From an uncultured Mycoplasmatota bacterium (lineage in GTDB: Bacteria; Bacillota_I; Bacilli_A; RF39; UBA660), in NCBI GenBank assembly GCA_945872435.1, contig CAMBYP010000002.1, positions 1-58,754 on the forward strand: DNA of 58,754 nt. The letters run 5' to 3'. The notes beneath the pieces were generated by a model, which had not been told where the DNA came from, ran no database searches, and saw only the letters and a program-made list of their open reading frames with translations. This document shows, one piece after another, positions 8,063 to 17,207 of the stretch; positions within the stretch are counted from its first letter, which is position 1, and every line of letters begins with the position of its first letter. Both the position numbers and the translations under genes were made by a program.

Positions 8063-9877
8063 ATGGGAAAATATACAGAATTGTATCATAATATGAAATC
8101 AGCACATGTAGATGCTAATTACATCAATCATATTATAGATGAATATATCAATAAAAAACCGTTATCATATCATGACTTTTATGCATCATTACTAAATTAT
8201 TATCACCATACACAAGATCAAAAAAATGAACAAGAAGAAAATCGTTTATATCAAGATATTTTTTCGAAGTGGAAAAAACAAATTCTTCTTTTAAGTCAAG
8301 AAAAGCTTCAATGTCCAAAAGATTTAGATTATAATAAACATGATTTATTACAATTACATTCGGAATTGCAACAAATTTCATCTTATGAAGAAATGAAAAA
8401 GAATTCTTTTGTATCAAATTATTTTTTTGACAAAATATTAGGTATTACAACAAGTAAGTGGTGTCATTTAGAAAGTAAAAAAATTAATGTTTCAAGTACT
8501 ATTTCCAATCCAATTAGTCATCGTTTTTATTTAAATTGTTTAAACAGTGATATTCATTTTATTATTAGAAGACTGATTGAAAAATTAGAAGAATGTCAAT
8601 TACCTTATAATTTAAAATTTGACACGAGTGGAGCAATACGAGATGATAAAATTATTATTTATACGGATACCTTCCATATTTTTCAATATATAACTGTTTT
8701 AAAATCTTTTGAAAGAGATTATCCAGAAATTATGGAAAGATCATTCAAACCACCAATATTAGTTGGTGCTATTGATCAATGGATTGGATTCGGTGATGAA
8801 CCTGAATATGAAGCTGAATCATATAATGATCTTAGAACAAAATTATTTTATGATGTAATTACTGATACTACTTTAAAGCGTATGTTGGAAGATAAGGAAG
8901 TACTACGTGATGTAGCTTATTATTTTATTGAGGTAAAAAAAATAGTACCAATTCAACAAAATAAATTAGAGACTTATCGAATTTTAATATCAAAAATATG
9001 TATTGAAATTGGTAATTATTTAAATAATCATAATTATCAAAGCCAAGCCTTGGTTGAAATATTAAAAGTAGTACCACATTTTATTAAATATTATATGAAT
9101 AATAATCAATATTATTTTCAAGATATAAAAGAACAATTAGAAAATAAATTGGAACAATATCATATTTCAAAATCAAAAATATGTTTTAATAGTGATAACT
9201 TAGAAAAATTTAAATTATATGATCAGCCTCATGTAATACAAGATATCGATATTATCAAAACTCTAGATATTAATATCAAACCAGATTTTTATGTAATAGG
9301 TGATGATATATATCAAAGTATTGAAAATATTTTATATTATAATTTTATCCGTTTAGTTAGAAGTGATGGAACTGTTTTAAAAAAAGATGGTACTAAAATC
9401 ACCGCTAAAGAATTTTTAGAAAATATTGCAAAACAATACTTTATAAAAAATAAAGTAATTTATTCTGATATTTATAAAAATGAAGTATGTGGAAATCGCA
9501 ATATGTTATATTTGCAAGATTTAGGTCAGATGACACCTTGGGAATTTACTGAATTTTTAGGAAATACATTATTATCAAAAACAATTATGTTTCAAAATCA
9601 TATAAAAAAAAGTGTTAGAGAATGTATGAATGAGTTAAGGACATATTTACCTGAATCTGGAATTATTTATACAAAATATAATCGCAGAATGAAATTGTTA
9701 GAGTTTTTAAAAGAATCATTTGAAAATGAACAATGTTTTTTAGAATACCAAGATATTGTTGAATGGTTTTATTATCAAACAAGTAATCATCCAGGTGTAT
9801 TTTCAACTTCTTTAGAAGAAAGAAAAGATGATCATGAATTATTTTCTAAAATTAAAATTGAAACTATTATTTTTTAA
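8063..9877 (+). CDS. hypothetical cytosolic protein, 604 aa, family not recognised
   Basis: Uninterrupted ORF behind RBS AAGGTGA, flanked by terminators on both sides. No TM segment or signal peptide visible. Confidence 0.8.
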   Translation: MGKYTELYHNMKSAHVDANYINHIIDEYINKKPLSYHDFYASLLNYYHHTQDQKNEQEENRLYQDIFSKWKKQILLLSQEKLQCPKDLDYNKHDLLQLHSELQQISSYEEMKKNSFVSNYFFDKILGITTSKWCHLESKKINVSSTISNPISHRFYLNCLNSDIHFIIRRLIEKLEECQLPYNLKFDTSGAIRDDKIIIYTDTFHIFQYITVLKSFERDYPEIMERSFKPPILVGAIDQWIGFGDEPEYEAESYNDLRTKLFYDVITDTTLKRMLEDKEVLRDVAYYFIEVKKIVPIQQNKLETYRILISKICIEIGNYLNNHNYQSQALVEILKVVPHFIKYYMNNNQYYFQDIKEQLENKLEQYHISKSKICFNSDNLEKFKLYDQPHVIQDIDIIKTLDINIKPDFYVIGDDIYQSIENILYYNFIRLVRSDGTVLKKDGTKITAKEFLENIAKQYFIKNKVIYSDIYKNEVCGNRNMLYLQDLGQMTPWEFTEFLGNTLLSKTIMFQNHIKKSVRECMNELRTYLPESGIIYTKYNRRMKLLEFLKESFENEQCFLEYQDIVEWFYYQTSNHPGVFSTSLEERKDDHELFSKIKIETIIF

Positions 9878-9909
9878 ATAGGGAAATGTCATCCCTATTC
9901 TTTTTTTTA
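9877..9909 (+). terminator. Rho-independent terminator
   Basis: AATAGGGA...TCCCTATT stem followed by a T run. Confidence 0.85.
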
Positions 9910-9950
9910 TACATATAATAAAGTATAAATAAAAAGAAATAGGTGATAGT

Positions 9951-10193
9951 GTGACTTTAGATGAATGTTCTATAAATGAAAAGGTGATAATTAAACAAAT
10001 TATAGCAGACGATCAAATGACAAGGCGATTTATGGATATTGGTATGATTGAAGGTACGAAAGTGGAAAAAAAATATGAGAGTTATTGGAACGATCCTGCT
10101 GCTTACTATGTTAGAGGTGCTGTTATCGCAATACGAAAAAAGGATGCACAAAAAATAAAAGTAGAGAGGATAAATCATGAAATATTGCTTTAA
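9951..10193 (+). CDS. feoA: ferrous iron transport protein A
   Basis: 80-aa FeoA/SH3-like pattern (VIIKQI...RRFMDIGMIEGTKV). GTG start behind AGGTGA. Confidence 0.85.
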   Translation: MTLDECSINEKVIIKQIIADDQMTRRFMDIGMIEGTKVEKKYESYWNDPAAYYVRGAVIAIRKKDAQKIKVERINHEILL

Positions 10194-12285
10194 ACAAGGA
10201 TATTATAAAAAGTATCATCAACAGAAAACAATTGCTTTAGCAGGTAATCCTAATGTGGGAAAAAGTACAATTTTCAATGAATTAACAGGATTAAAACAAC
10301 ATACAGGAAATTGGACTGGTAAAACAATAGATAATGCATATGGATATTTTTCTTACCATGATAAAAATTATAAAATATATGATTTACCTGGTACATATTC
10401 ATTAATTTCACATTCTAAAGAAGAAGAACATGCTAGAGATTATATATGTTTTGAACATTATGACTTAGTGATTGTAGTTTGTGATGCACTTTGCTTGGAA
10501 AGAAATTTGAATTTAGTTTTACAAATTTTAGAGATAACACCTCGAGTTATTGTATGTGTTAATTTATTAGATGAAGCAAAAAAAATGGGAATAGAAATTG
10601 ATATAGAAAAATTATCAGATATATTAAAGGTACCTGTAATTGGCATATGTGCTAGAAAGAAGCAAGATATTGAACAATTAGTAAGATTGATTGAAGATAA
10701 AGTGCAAAGTTCATTTTCTCATTCTTATATAGTAAAATATCCAGAAATAATAGAACAGTATTTAATAGAAGTAGAAAATACTCTAAAACCTTTGCTACCA
10801 GATTATTTAAATTCTCGTTTTTTTTCTTTTAAATTAATGATAAATGATAAAACAATGTTGGATAAATTAGAGCAAGTAACAAATTTTAAATTAGAAAAAC
10901 ATTTATGTTTAAAAGAAAAAATAGAAGATGTACGGTGTTGTTTGAAAGAACAAAAACTATTAACTTCATTTTTAAAATATTTTGAAGTAAGACAAATCAT
11001 GAAAGATGCTGAAAAAATAAATCAAATGGTTGTAAAAAAAGTAAAGAAATCAACTATAAAATACCAATGGATAGAAAATGTATTAAAGAATAAATGGACT
11101 GGAATTCCTATTATGTTTATATTACTATTTATGATATTTTGGTTAACTATGATTGGTGCTAATTATCCTTCACAATTACTATTTCATTTTTTTGAGTGGT
11201 TAGGGACTTGGTTACAATATAGTTTAGAAATATTAACAATACCTAAATGGTTAATTAGTCTTATTATGGATGGTGCTTATCTTACTGTAACATGGGTTGT
11301 TTCTGTTATGTTACCTCCTATGGCTATCTTCTTTCCATTATTTACTTTATTGGAAGATTTTGGATTACTTCCACGTATTGCTTTTCAATTGGATAAACAA
11401 TTTTCAAAATGTCATGCATGTGGAAAACAAGCACTTACTATGTGTATGGGATTTGGTTGTAATGCTGTAGGAGTTACAGGGACACGAATTATTGACTCTC
11501 CACGAGAAAGATTAATTGCAATCATTACTAATAATTTTGTACCATGTAATGGACGATTTCCAACTATGATTTCCATTATTACCATGTTTTTTGTAGGGTT
11601 TCATTCGAATATGGTAAATTCATTTTGTAGTTCACTAATATTAACTAGTATTGTTATGTTTGGAATTATGATGACTTTTCTTATATCATATATACTTTCT
11701 AAAACAATATTAAAAGGAATTCCATCTTCATTTATATTAGAGATACCACCATTTCGTAAACCACAAATTGGAAAAGTGATTTTAAATTCTATTTTTCAAC
11801 GTACGTTATATGTATTAGGAAGAGCTGTTAGCGTTGCACTCCCTGCGGGAATTATTATATGGTTTATGACACACATTCAATTAAATGGAAGTACATTAGT
11901 ACAAATTTGTTCTCAATTTTTAGATCCATTTGCTAAAATAATTGGTTTAGATGGAGCTATTTTATTAGCATTTCTTTTAGGATTTCCAGCAAATGAAATT
12001 GTTATGCCCATTATTCTAATGATTTATTTATCTAAAACAACAATGTCTGATATTAGTGATTTAGTAATATTGAAACAGGTATTAGTGAGTCATGGGTGGA
12101 CTATTATTACAGCTATCTGTACCATTTTGTTTTCTTTATTACATTTTCCATGTTCTACAACCTGCCTTACAATAAAAAAAGAAACAGGTAGTATGAAATG
12201 GACATTGATTACAATGTTTTTAACAACTATTGTGGCAATCATAGTATGCTTTATTGTTTCTAATGTATTAAAGTTATTTATTTAA
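10177..12285 (+). CDS. feoB: ferrous iron transport protein B
   Basis: N-terminal G domain (ALAGNPNVGKSTIFNELTG, DLPG) followed by a polytopic Gate-domain membrane region; overlaps the feoA end. Confidence 0.95.
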   Translation: MKYCFKQGYYKKYHQQKTIALAGNPNVGKSTIFNELTGLKQHTGNWTGKTIDNAYGYFSYHDKNYKIYDLPGTYSLISHSKEEEHARDYICFEHYDLVIVVCDALCLERNLNLVLQILEITPRVIVCVNLLDEAKKMGIEIDIEKLSDILKVPVIGICARKKQDIEQLVRLIEDKVQSSFSHSYIVKYPEIIEQYLIEVENTLKPLLPDYLNSRFFSFKLMINDKTMLDKLEQVTNFKLEKHLCLKEKIEDVRCCLKEQKLLTSFLKYFEVRQIMKDAEKINQMVVKKVKKSTIKYQWIENVLKNKWTGIPIMFILLFMIFWLTMIGANYPSQLLFHFFEWLGTWLQYSLEILTIPKWLISLIMDGAYLTVTWVVSVMLPPMAIFFPLFTLLEDFGLLPRIAFQLDKQFSKCHACGKQALTMCMGFGCNAVGVTGTRIIDSPRERLIAIITNNFVPCNGRFPTMISIITMFFVGFHSNMVNSFCSSLILTSIVMFGIMMTFLISYILSKTILKGIPSSFILEIPPFRKPQIGKVILNSIFQRTLYVLGRAVSVALPAGIIIWFMTHIQLNGSTLVQICSQFLDPFAKIIGLDGAILLAFLLGFPANEIVMPIILMIYLSKTTMSDISDLVILKQVLVSHGWTIITAICTILFSLLHFPCSTTCLTIKKETGSMKWTLITMFLTTIVAIIVCFIVSNVLKLFI

Positions 12286-12306
12286 GTATCTACGGATACT
12301 TTTTTT
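12284..12306 (+). terminator. Rho-independent terminator
   Basis: AAGTATC-tacg-GATACTT followed by T6. Confidence 0.8.
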
Positions 12307-12377
12307 ATGAATATGTATAAAATTGATTATTTCAAAACTAAAAATATGAATGTAATATTATGAAAGGAGATGAAATA

Positions 12378-13178
12378 ATGCAAAAAGGAATGACTAGTAG
12401 AAGAAATCAAATACAAGATTTATTATGTCCTTTTCTTTATGTAAAAATTACTCAAGGGGCAAATGGAAACTATTCACATAAAGGAACAATGGCATGTGAT
12501 ATAGGGTATAAATTTGATAAAAATGAAGCATATTATGCTCCGTGTGATATCAAATGTGTATGGATTTATCCTTCTTCAGGGCAATCGATGTGGCAATCTT
12601 TAGAAAAAGTAAGATTTGCGAATGGAATAATTGATTATTTTACTTTTGTAATTGCACATGATAATTCATTTAATGCTAAGGTAAACCAAATTGTAAGACA
12701 AGGAGAAAAATTAGGAAATAAGGGTAATAAAGGAAATGCTACTGGATATCATTGTCATATTGAAGGTGCAAGAGGAAAATATACTGTTGAGAATTGGAAA
12801 AAAAATCAATATGGTATTTATATGCTTCCTAATGAGATTGACTTTGATGCATTATTTTTTATGGATCAAACAGAAATTCAAGATACAAATGAAAGTAAAA
12901 ATGCTAATTGGATTTATTTGAAAGATGTAACGGTATCTGAAACGACTCAAAGTAAAAAATTATATTTGCCAGAAACAGTAAGTAAATGGAGAGTATATCC
13001 AACGAATGTTCCTCCTGTAGTAGGAAATGAAAAAGGTTATTTAAACCCTGCTAAATTTCATGGACTAGAGTATGATATTATTGCATATCCACAAAAGGAT
13101 GTAGTAACAATTGAAACTAGAGATTTTGGAATTGTTAACATTTTTGTAGCTTCTACAACTGGAGCAGTGATAAAATAA
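12378..13178 (+). CDS. M23/LytM-like peptidase with C-terminal SH3b/TRD-like domain, no signal peptide
   Basis: [10 protein letters not shown] (HxH) and [11 protein letters not shown] motifs. Start set at MQKGM behind AAAGGAGA. The C-terminal ~90 aa look like a wall-binding module. Confidence 0.6.
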   Translation: MQKGMTSRRNQIQDLLCPFLYVKITQGANGNYSHKGTMACDIGYKFDKNEAYYAPCDIKCVWIYPSSGQSMWQSLEKVRFANGIIDYFTFVIAHDNSFNAKVNQIVRQGEKLGNKGNKGNATGYHCHIEGARGKYTVENWKKNQYGIYMLPNEIDFDALFFMDQTEIQDTNESKNANWIYLKDVTVSETTQSKKLYLPETVSKWRVYPTNVPPVVGNEKGYLNPAKFHGLEYDIIAYPQKDVVTIETRDFGIVNIFVASTTGAVIK

Positions 13179-13206
13179 AAAGGCATGAACTTTCATGTCT
13201 TTTTAT
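13178..13206. terminator. bidirectional terminator (M23 gene / minus-strand tRNA operon)
   Basis: GGCATGA...TCATGTC hairpin flanked by an A run and a T run. Confidence 0.7.
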
Positions 13207-13222
13207 TTTTTCTATTTATAAT

Positions 13223-13299
13223 TGGTCGGAAAGACAGGATTTGAACCTGCGACCTCTTGGTCCCGAACCAAGTGCACTACCAAGTTGTGCTACTTTCCG
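13223..13299 (-). tRNA. tRNA-Pro(CGG)
   Basis: Reverse complement CGGAAAGTAGCACAACTTGGTAGTGCACTTGGTTCGGGACCAAG...GGTTCAAATCC...CCGACCA. Confidence 0.9.
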
Positions 13300-13342
13300 A
13301 TGTATAAAAAAAGTCTTGAAGAACAAGACTTTTAATTCATAA

Positions 13343-13419
13343 TGGTCGGGAAAACAGGATTTGAACCTGCAACCCCTTGGTCCCAAACCAAGTGCACTAC
13401 CAAGTTGTGCTATTTCCCG
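13343..13419 (-). tRNA. tRNA-Pro(UGG)
   Basis: Reverse complement CGGGAAATAGCACAACTTGGTAGTGCACTTGGTTTGGGACCAAG...GGTTCAAATCC...CCGACCA. Confidence 0.9.
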
Positions 13420-13425
13420 ATTAAG

Positions 13426-13502
13426 TGGTGCGCCCGAAGGGATTCGAACCCCTGACCTTTTGGTTCGTAGCCAAACACTCTATCCAGCTGAGCTACGGGC
13501 GC
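13426..13502 (-). tRNA. tRNA-Arg(ACG)
   Basis: Reverse complement GCGCCCGTAGCTCAGCTGGATAGAGTGTTTGGCTACGAACCAAA...GGTTCGAATCC...GCGCACCA. Confidence 0.9.
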
Positions 13503-13541
13503 AATGACAAATTTTACACAAATCTCTCATTGACAATTTCA

Positions 13542-13570
13542 ATTATATAATAATTTCTTTTATTTTGCAA
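13542..13570 (-). promoter_or_regulatory. sigma-A promoter of the Arg-Pro-Pro tRNA operon
   Basis: The minus strand reads TTGCAA, 17 nt spacer, TATAAT, about 40 nt upstream of the tRNA-Arg 5' end. Confidence 0.65.
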
Positions 13571-13673
13571 CCCTTTTTTAACTATTTTATGCTACTTTAT
13601 AATAATAAGTACTGAAAAAAATAGAATATTTATAAATTTTATAGTATAATAATGATGTAAAAAGAGGGATGAA

Positions 13674-16205
13674 ATGAAGAAAAAACAAATTCAAAAAAAA
13701 TATATTCATTATGCTTGCATTATAGTATTTTTACTATTTATGATGATATTACCATTAGGAACTGATTTTATATTTGGTTCAACAACAGATTGGATTGGTC
13801 AGCATACTACTTTTGCTGATTATTTTCGAATGTTATTCTATAATACGCATGATTTATTTCCTGATTATTCTTTTCATATTGGTAGTGGAAACAATATATA
13901 CTTTTTTTCATATTATGGACTATTAAATCCACTACTTATGATTTCATATTTAATGCCATTTATTAGTATGACACATTATGTGATTGCTTTAAATATGATT
14001 TTAATTTTATCTACCGGGATTTTATTATATGAGTTTTTGTGTCATAAAAAATATTCAAATAATTTATCATTATTAGTAACATTGATTATGGTATCTAGTA
14101 CATTTTTGGTATTTCATGCTCATCGTCATTATATGTTTATAAATTATATGCCATTTTTAATTTTAGGATTATTTGGAATTGATCGTTATTTTGATACAAA
14201 GAAAAAAGGATTATTTATCTTTAGTGTTTTTATGATGATTATGATGAGTTATTATTATAGTGTAACAGGAATTGTTGTCCTTGCTCTTTATACTATTTCA
14301 GAAGTAATTAGAAGAGAAAATAGTTTTAAATTCAAAAAGATTTTACAAAACGGATATCCGTTACTTTTATGTACTATATTAGCAATTATTATGTCAGCAA
14401 TTTTATTGTTACCAACTGCACATGTTATATTGTCAGGAAGAGGGACAGAAGAAAATACCATTTCTTTATTATCACTTTTCATTCCAACTGCTAATTTATC
14501 AGGATTACTTTATGATTCCTATACATTAGGAGTTACTGCAACAATGGTAGTAGCTATTTTTGCTAGTATTTTTAGCAAGAAAAAAGAACACCGTTTTTTA
14601 AGTATTGCTTTTCTATTGATTTTATGTTTTCCAATTTGTATTTATACATTGAATGGAACACTTTATGTTAGAGAAAAAATATTATTTCCATTTTTTCCTG
14701 TTTTGGCATTATTTCTTGCTAATTTCTTGCAATCTATTCAAACGAAAGAACTAAATTGGAAACCTGTTTTAATAGCTGTATTATTATTTTCTTGTTTCGA
14801 AGTATTTGATGAAACAATAGTATGGGTTTATTATTTGGATTTATTCGTAGTGATAATTTTGAGTTATCTTTCGTTAAAGAAAAAAAATGTATATATTTTG
14901 GGATTAGGAACACTTTTCATTGCAAGTAGTGTATGTCTATTTTACCAAATACAAGAGGACTATCCTAAAAAAACTACTTATTATAATCAAATACAATCAC
15001 AAGTTAAAAATAATTTAATAGAAGATGTTTTAAAACAAGAACAGCAATTTTTCAGAATGAGTGATAAGAATGATGTGTTATATACTGTAAATAAAGTATA
15101 TGCTTCAAATTCTTATCGAACTTCTATTTATTCTTCAACTTATCATAAAGGTTATAATGAATTTTTAAGAAATGATTTAAAAATTGCATATGCTTCAAGA
15201 AATCCAATGATTTTAAAGGAAAATGATAATATCTTTGCATCTTATTTTTTAGGAGTAAAATATGTTGTTTCTACTGAAAAATTAGCTGGTGGTTATAAAA
15301 AAATAAAAGAAGTGTATGATAAAAAAACAGACCGAACTTATTATTTGTATGAAAATAATCAAGTTCTACCTGTCTTTTATGGAAGAACAAAAACTATTAG
15401 TGAAAAAGCATATCAAGAATTAAGTTACCCTGAAAATGTGTTAGCACTATTACAGTATACAATTACCGAAGATTCTAAAGAAAGTCCAGAAATTGATAAC
15501 GTAGAACCTTTAGAAAATTTAAGTGTAGACAATTTAAAAAATGTGACGATTAAAAGAAAAAATGATGAAATTGTATTAAATGCTAAAGATGATGCAACAT
15601 TTGAAATTTTACTTCCTGAAGATGTATTAAATAATCAATTGATTGTACTTTCTATGGATGTAGTAGAACAAGAAAGTTGTACTGTCGGAGATCTTAGTAT
15701 GACAATAGAAGGCATAGAGAATAAATTAACGTGTGCCGAATGGCAGTATCAAAATAAGAATCATACATTTCATTATGTGATTTCTAATCAAAAACATCAA
15801 AAATATTTGAAAGTATCATTAAAAAAAGGAACTTATCATTTAAAAAATATACAAGCATATCAAATTCCTACTTCTATTTTAGAAACAATAAATGATGATG
15901 TTATGCCGTTTGAATTAAATGAAGAAAAAACAAATGGAGATTATTTAGAAGGAAATATTACAATGAAACAAGATGGATACTTTGTAACAAGTCTTCCATA
16001 TGATGAGGGATTTCATATTTTAGTAGATGGAAAAGAGATAGAATATGAAACAGTAAATCATACCTTTTTAGGATTTCCTTTAAAGAAAGGATTACATCAT
16101 ATTGAAATAACTTATGAAGCTCCTTATAAAAAAATAGGAATGATATTGACTAGTATTGGATTTATAGTTTTTATTGTAGTAGTTTTCTTAGATAGAAAGA
16201 AGTGA
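13674..16205 (+). CDS. yfhO: YfhO-family polytopic membrane glycosyltransferase
   Basis: 843 aa with many N-terminal TM helices, a large extracytoplasmic C-terminal domain and a final TM. Followed 4 nt later by a GT2 (CsbB/GtrB-like) gene. Confidence 0.7.
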   Translation: MKKKQIQKKYIHYACIIVFLLFMMILPLGTDFIFGSTTDWIGQHTTFADYFRMLFYNTHDLFPDYSFHIGSGNNIYFFSYYGLLNPLLMISYLMPFISMTHYVIALNMILILSTGILLYEFLCHKKYSNNLSLLVTLIMVSSTFLVFHAHRHYMFINYMPFLILGLFGIDRYFDTKKKGLFIFSVFMMIMMSYYYSVTGIVVLALYTISEVIRRENSFKFKKILQNGYPLLLCTILAIIMSAILLLPTAHVILSGRGTEENTISLLSLFIPTANLSGLLYDSYTLGVTATMVVAIFASIFSKKKEHRFLSIAFLLILCFPICIYTLNGTLYVREKILFPFFPVLALFLANFLQSIQTKELNWKPVLIAVLLFSCFEVFDETIVWVYYLDLFVVIILSYLSLKKKNVYILGLGTLFIASSVCLFYQIQEDYPKKTTYYNQIQSQVKNNLIEDVLKQEQQFFRMSDKNDVLYTVNKVYASNSYRTSIYSSTYHKGYNEFLRNDLKIAYASRNPMILKENDNIFASYFLGVKYVVSTEKLAGGYKKIKEVYDKKTDRTYYLYENNQVLPVFYGRTKTISEKAYQELSYPENVLALLQYTITEDSKESPEIDNVEPLENLSVDNLKNVTIKRKNDEIVLNAKDDATFEILLPEDVLNNQLIVLSMDVVEQESCTVGDLSMTIEGIENKLTCAEWQYQNKNHTFHYVISNQKHQKYLKVSLKKGTYHLKNIQAYQIPTSILETINDDVMPFELNEEKTNGDYLEGNITMKQDGYFVTSLPYDEGFHILVDGKEIEYETVNHTFLGFPLKKGLHHIEITYEAPYKKIGMILTSIGFIVFIVVVFLDRKK

Positions 16206-16209
16206 GATT

Positions 16210-17151
16210 ATGGATAAAATTTCAATTATTGTACCTTGCTATAATGAAGAAGAAAGTATTCCATTATTTTATGAGGAAATAAAAAAACAAGAACAAAAAA
16301 TGGAATCAGTTGTTTTTGAATTATGGTTTATTGACGATGGCTCAAGAGATAAATCATTAGACGAAATGAAAAAATTACATCAAAATGATAAAGAAGTACA
16401 TTATTTATCTTTTTCTAGAAATTTTGGAAAAGAAGCTGCTATTTATGCTGGTTTAGAGGCTGCTACTGGTAAGTATGTAACTCTTATGGATGTTGATTTA
16501 CAAGATCCTCCAACATTATTAGGAGAAATGTATGAAATAATGAAAAATCAGGATTATGATGTAATTGCAACACGTAGTACAAGCCGAAATGGTTATTCTT
16601 TCTTTAGAAAAACATTCACTAAATGGTTTTATCATTTGATTAATAAAATATCTAAAGTAGAAATGGTTGATGGTGCTAGAGATTTCAGGTTAATGAAAAG
16701 AAAAGTTGTTAATGAAATATTAAAAATGAAAGAGTATAATCGCTATTCAAAGGGATTGTTTAGTTTTGTAGGATTTAAAACAAAGTGGATTACTTATGAA
16801 AATCCAGTACGTTCAGCTGGAAATACTAAATTTAATTTTTGGAAATTATTTTCTTATGCAGTAGAAGGAATTGTAGGTTTTTCTACAGTACCACTTGCTA
16901 TTGCTGCTATTGTAGGAATACTATTTTGTTTTATATCATTTTTAATGATTATTGTTATTATTATTAGAACATTAATTTGGTCTGATCCTACAAGTGGATG
17001 GCCATCTATGGTGTGTATTATGTTTTTCTTAAGTGGTGTACAATTATTTTGTACAGGAATTATTGGTGAGTATCTTTCCAAAACGTATTTAGAAACAAAA
17101 CAGAGACCTATATATATATTAAGAGAATCAAGCGAAGAAGAAGAGGAATAA
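16210..17151 (+). CDS. GT2 polyprenyl-phosphate sugar transferase (CsbB/GtrB-like)
   Basis: IIVPCYNEE...DDGSRD...SRNFGKEAA...DVDLQDPP, plus two C-terminal TM helices. Confidence 0.88.
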   Translation: MDKISIIVPCYNEEESIPLFYEEIKKQEQKMESVVFELWFIDDGSRDKSLDEMKKLHQNDKEVHYLSFSRNFGKEAAIYAGLEAATGKYVTLMDVDLQDPPTLLGEMYEIMKNQDYDVIATRSTSRNGYSFFRKTFTKWFYHLINKISKVEMVDGARDFRLMKRKVVNEILKMKEYNRYSKGLFSFVGFKTKWITYENPVRSAGNTKFNFWKLFSYAVEGIVGFSTVPLAIAAIVGILFCFISFLMIIVIIIRTLIWSDPTSGWPSMVCIMFFLSGVQLFCTGIIGEYLSKTYLETKQRPIYILRESSEEEEE

Positions 17152-17164
17152 CTCTTCTTTTTTC
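17138..17164 (+). terminator. Rho-independent terminator
   Basis: AAGAAGAG-gaataa-CTCTTCTT followed by a T run; overlaps the stop codon. Confidence 0.7.
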
Positions 17165-17207
17165 ATGTCTTATTATTTTTGGAATACAATGGATTAGAGG
17201 TGTTCTT

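Noticed and set aside
9878-9950. Fur box upstream of feoAB
   Set aside because: There is no 7-1-7 TGATAAT-n-ATTATCA-like inverted repeat in the 70-nt upstream region.
12736-12921. 61-aa + strand ORF inside the M23 gene
   Set aside because: It is an alternative frame of a well-supported CDS, with no RBS.
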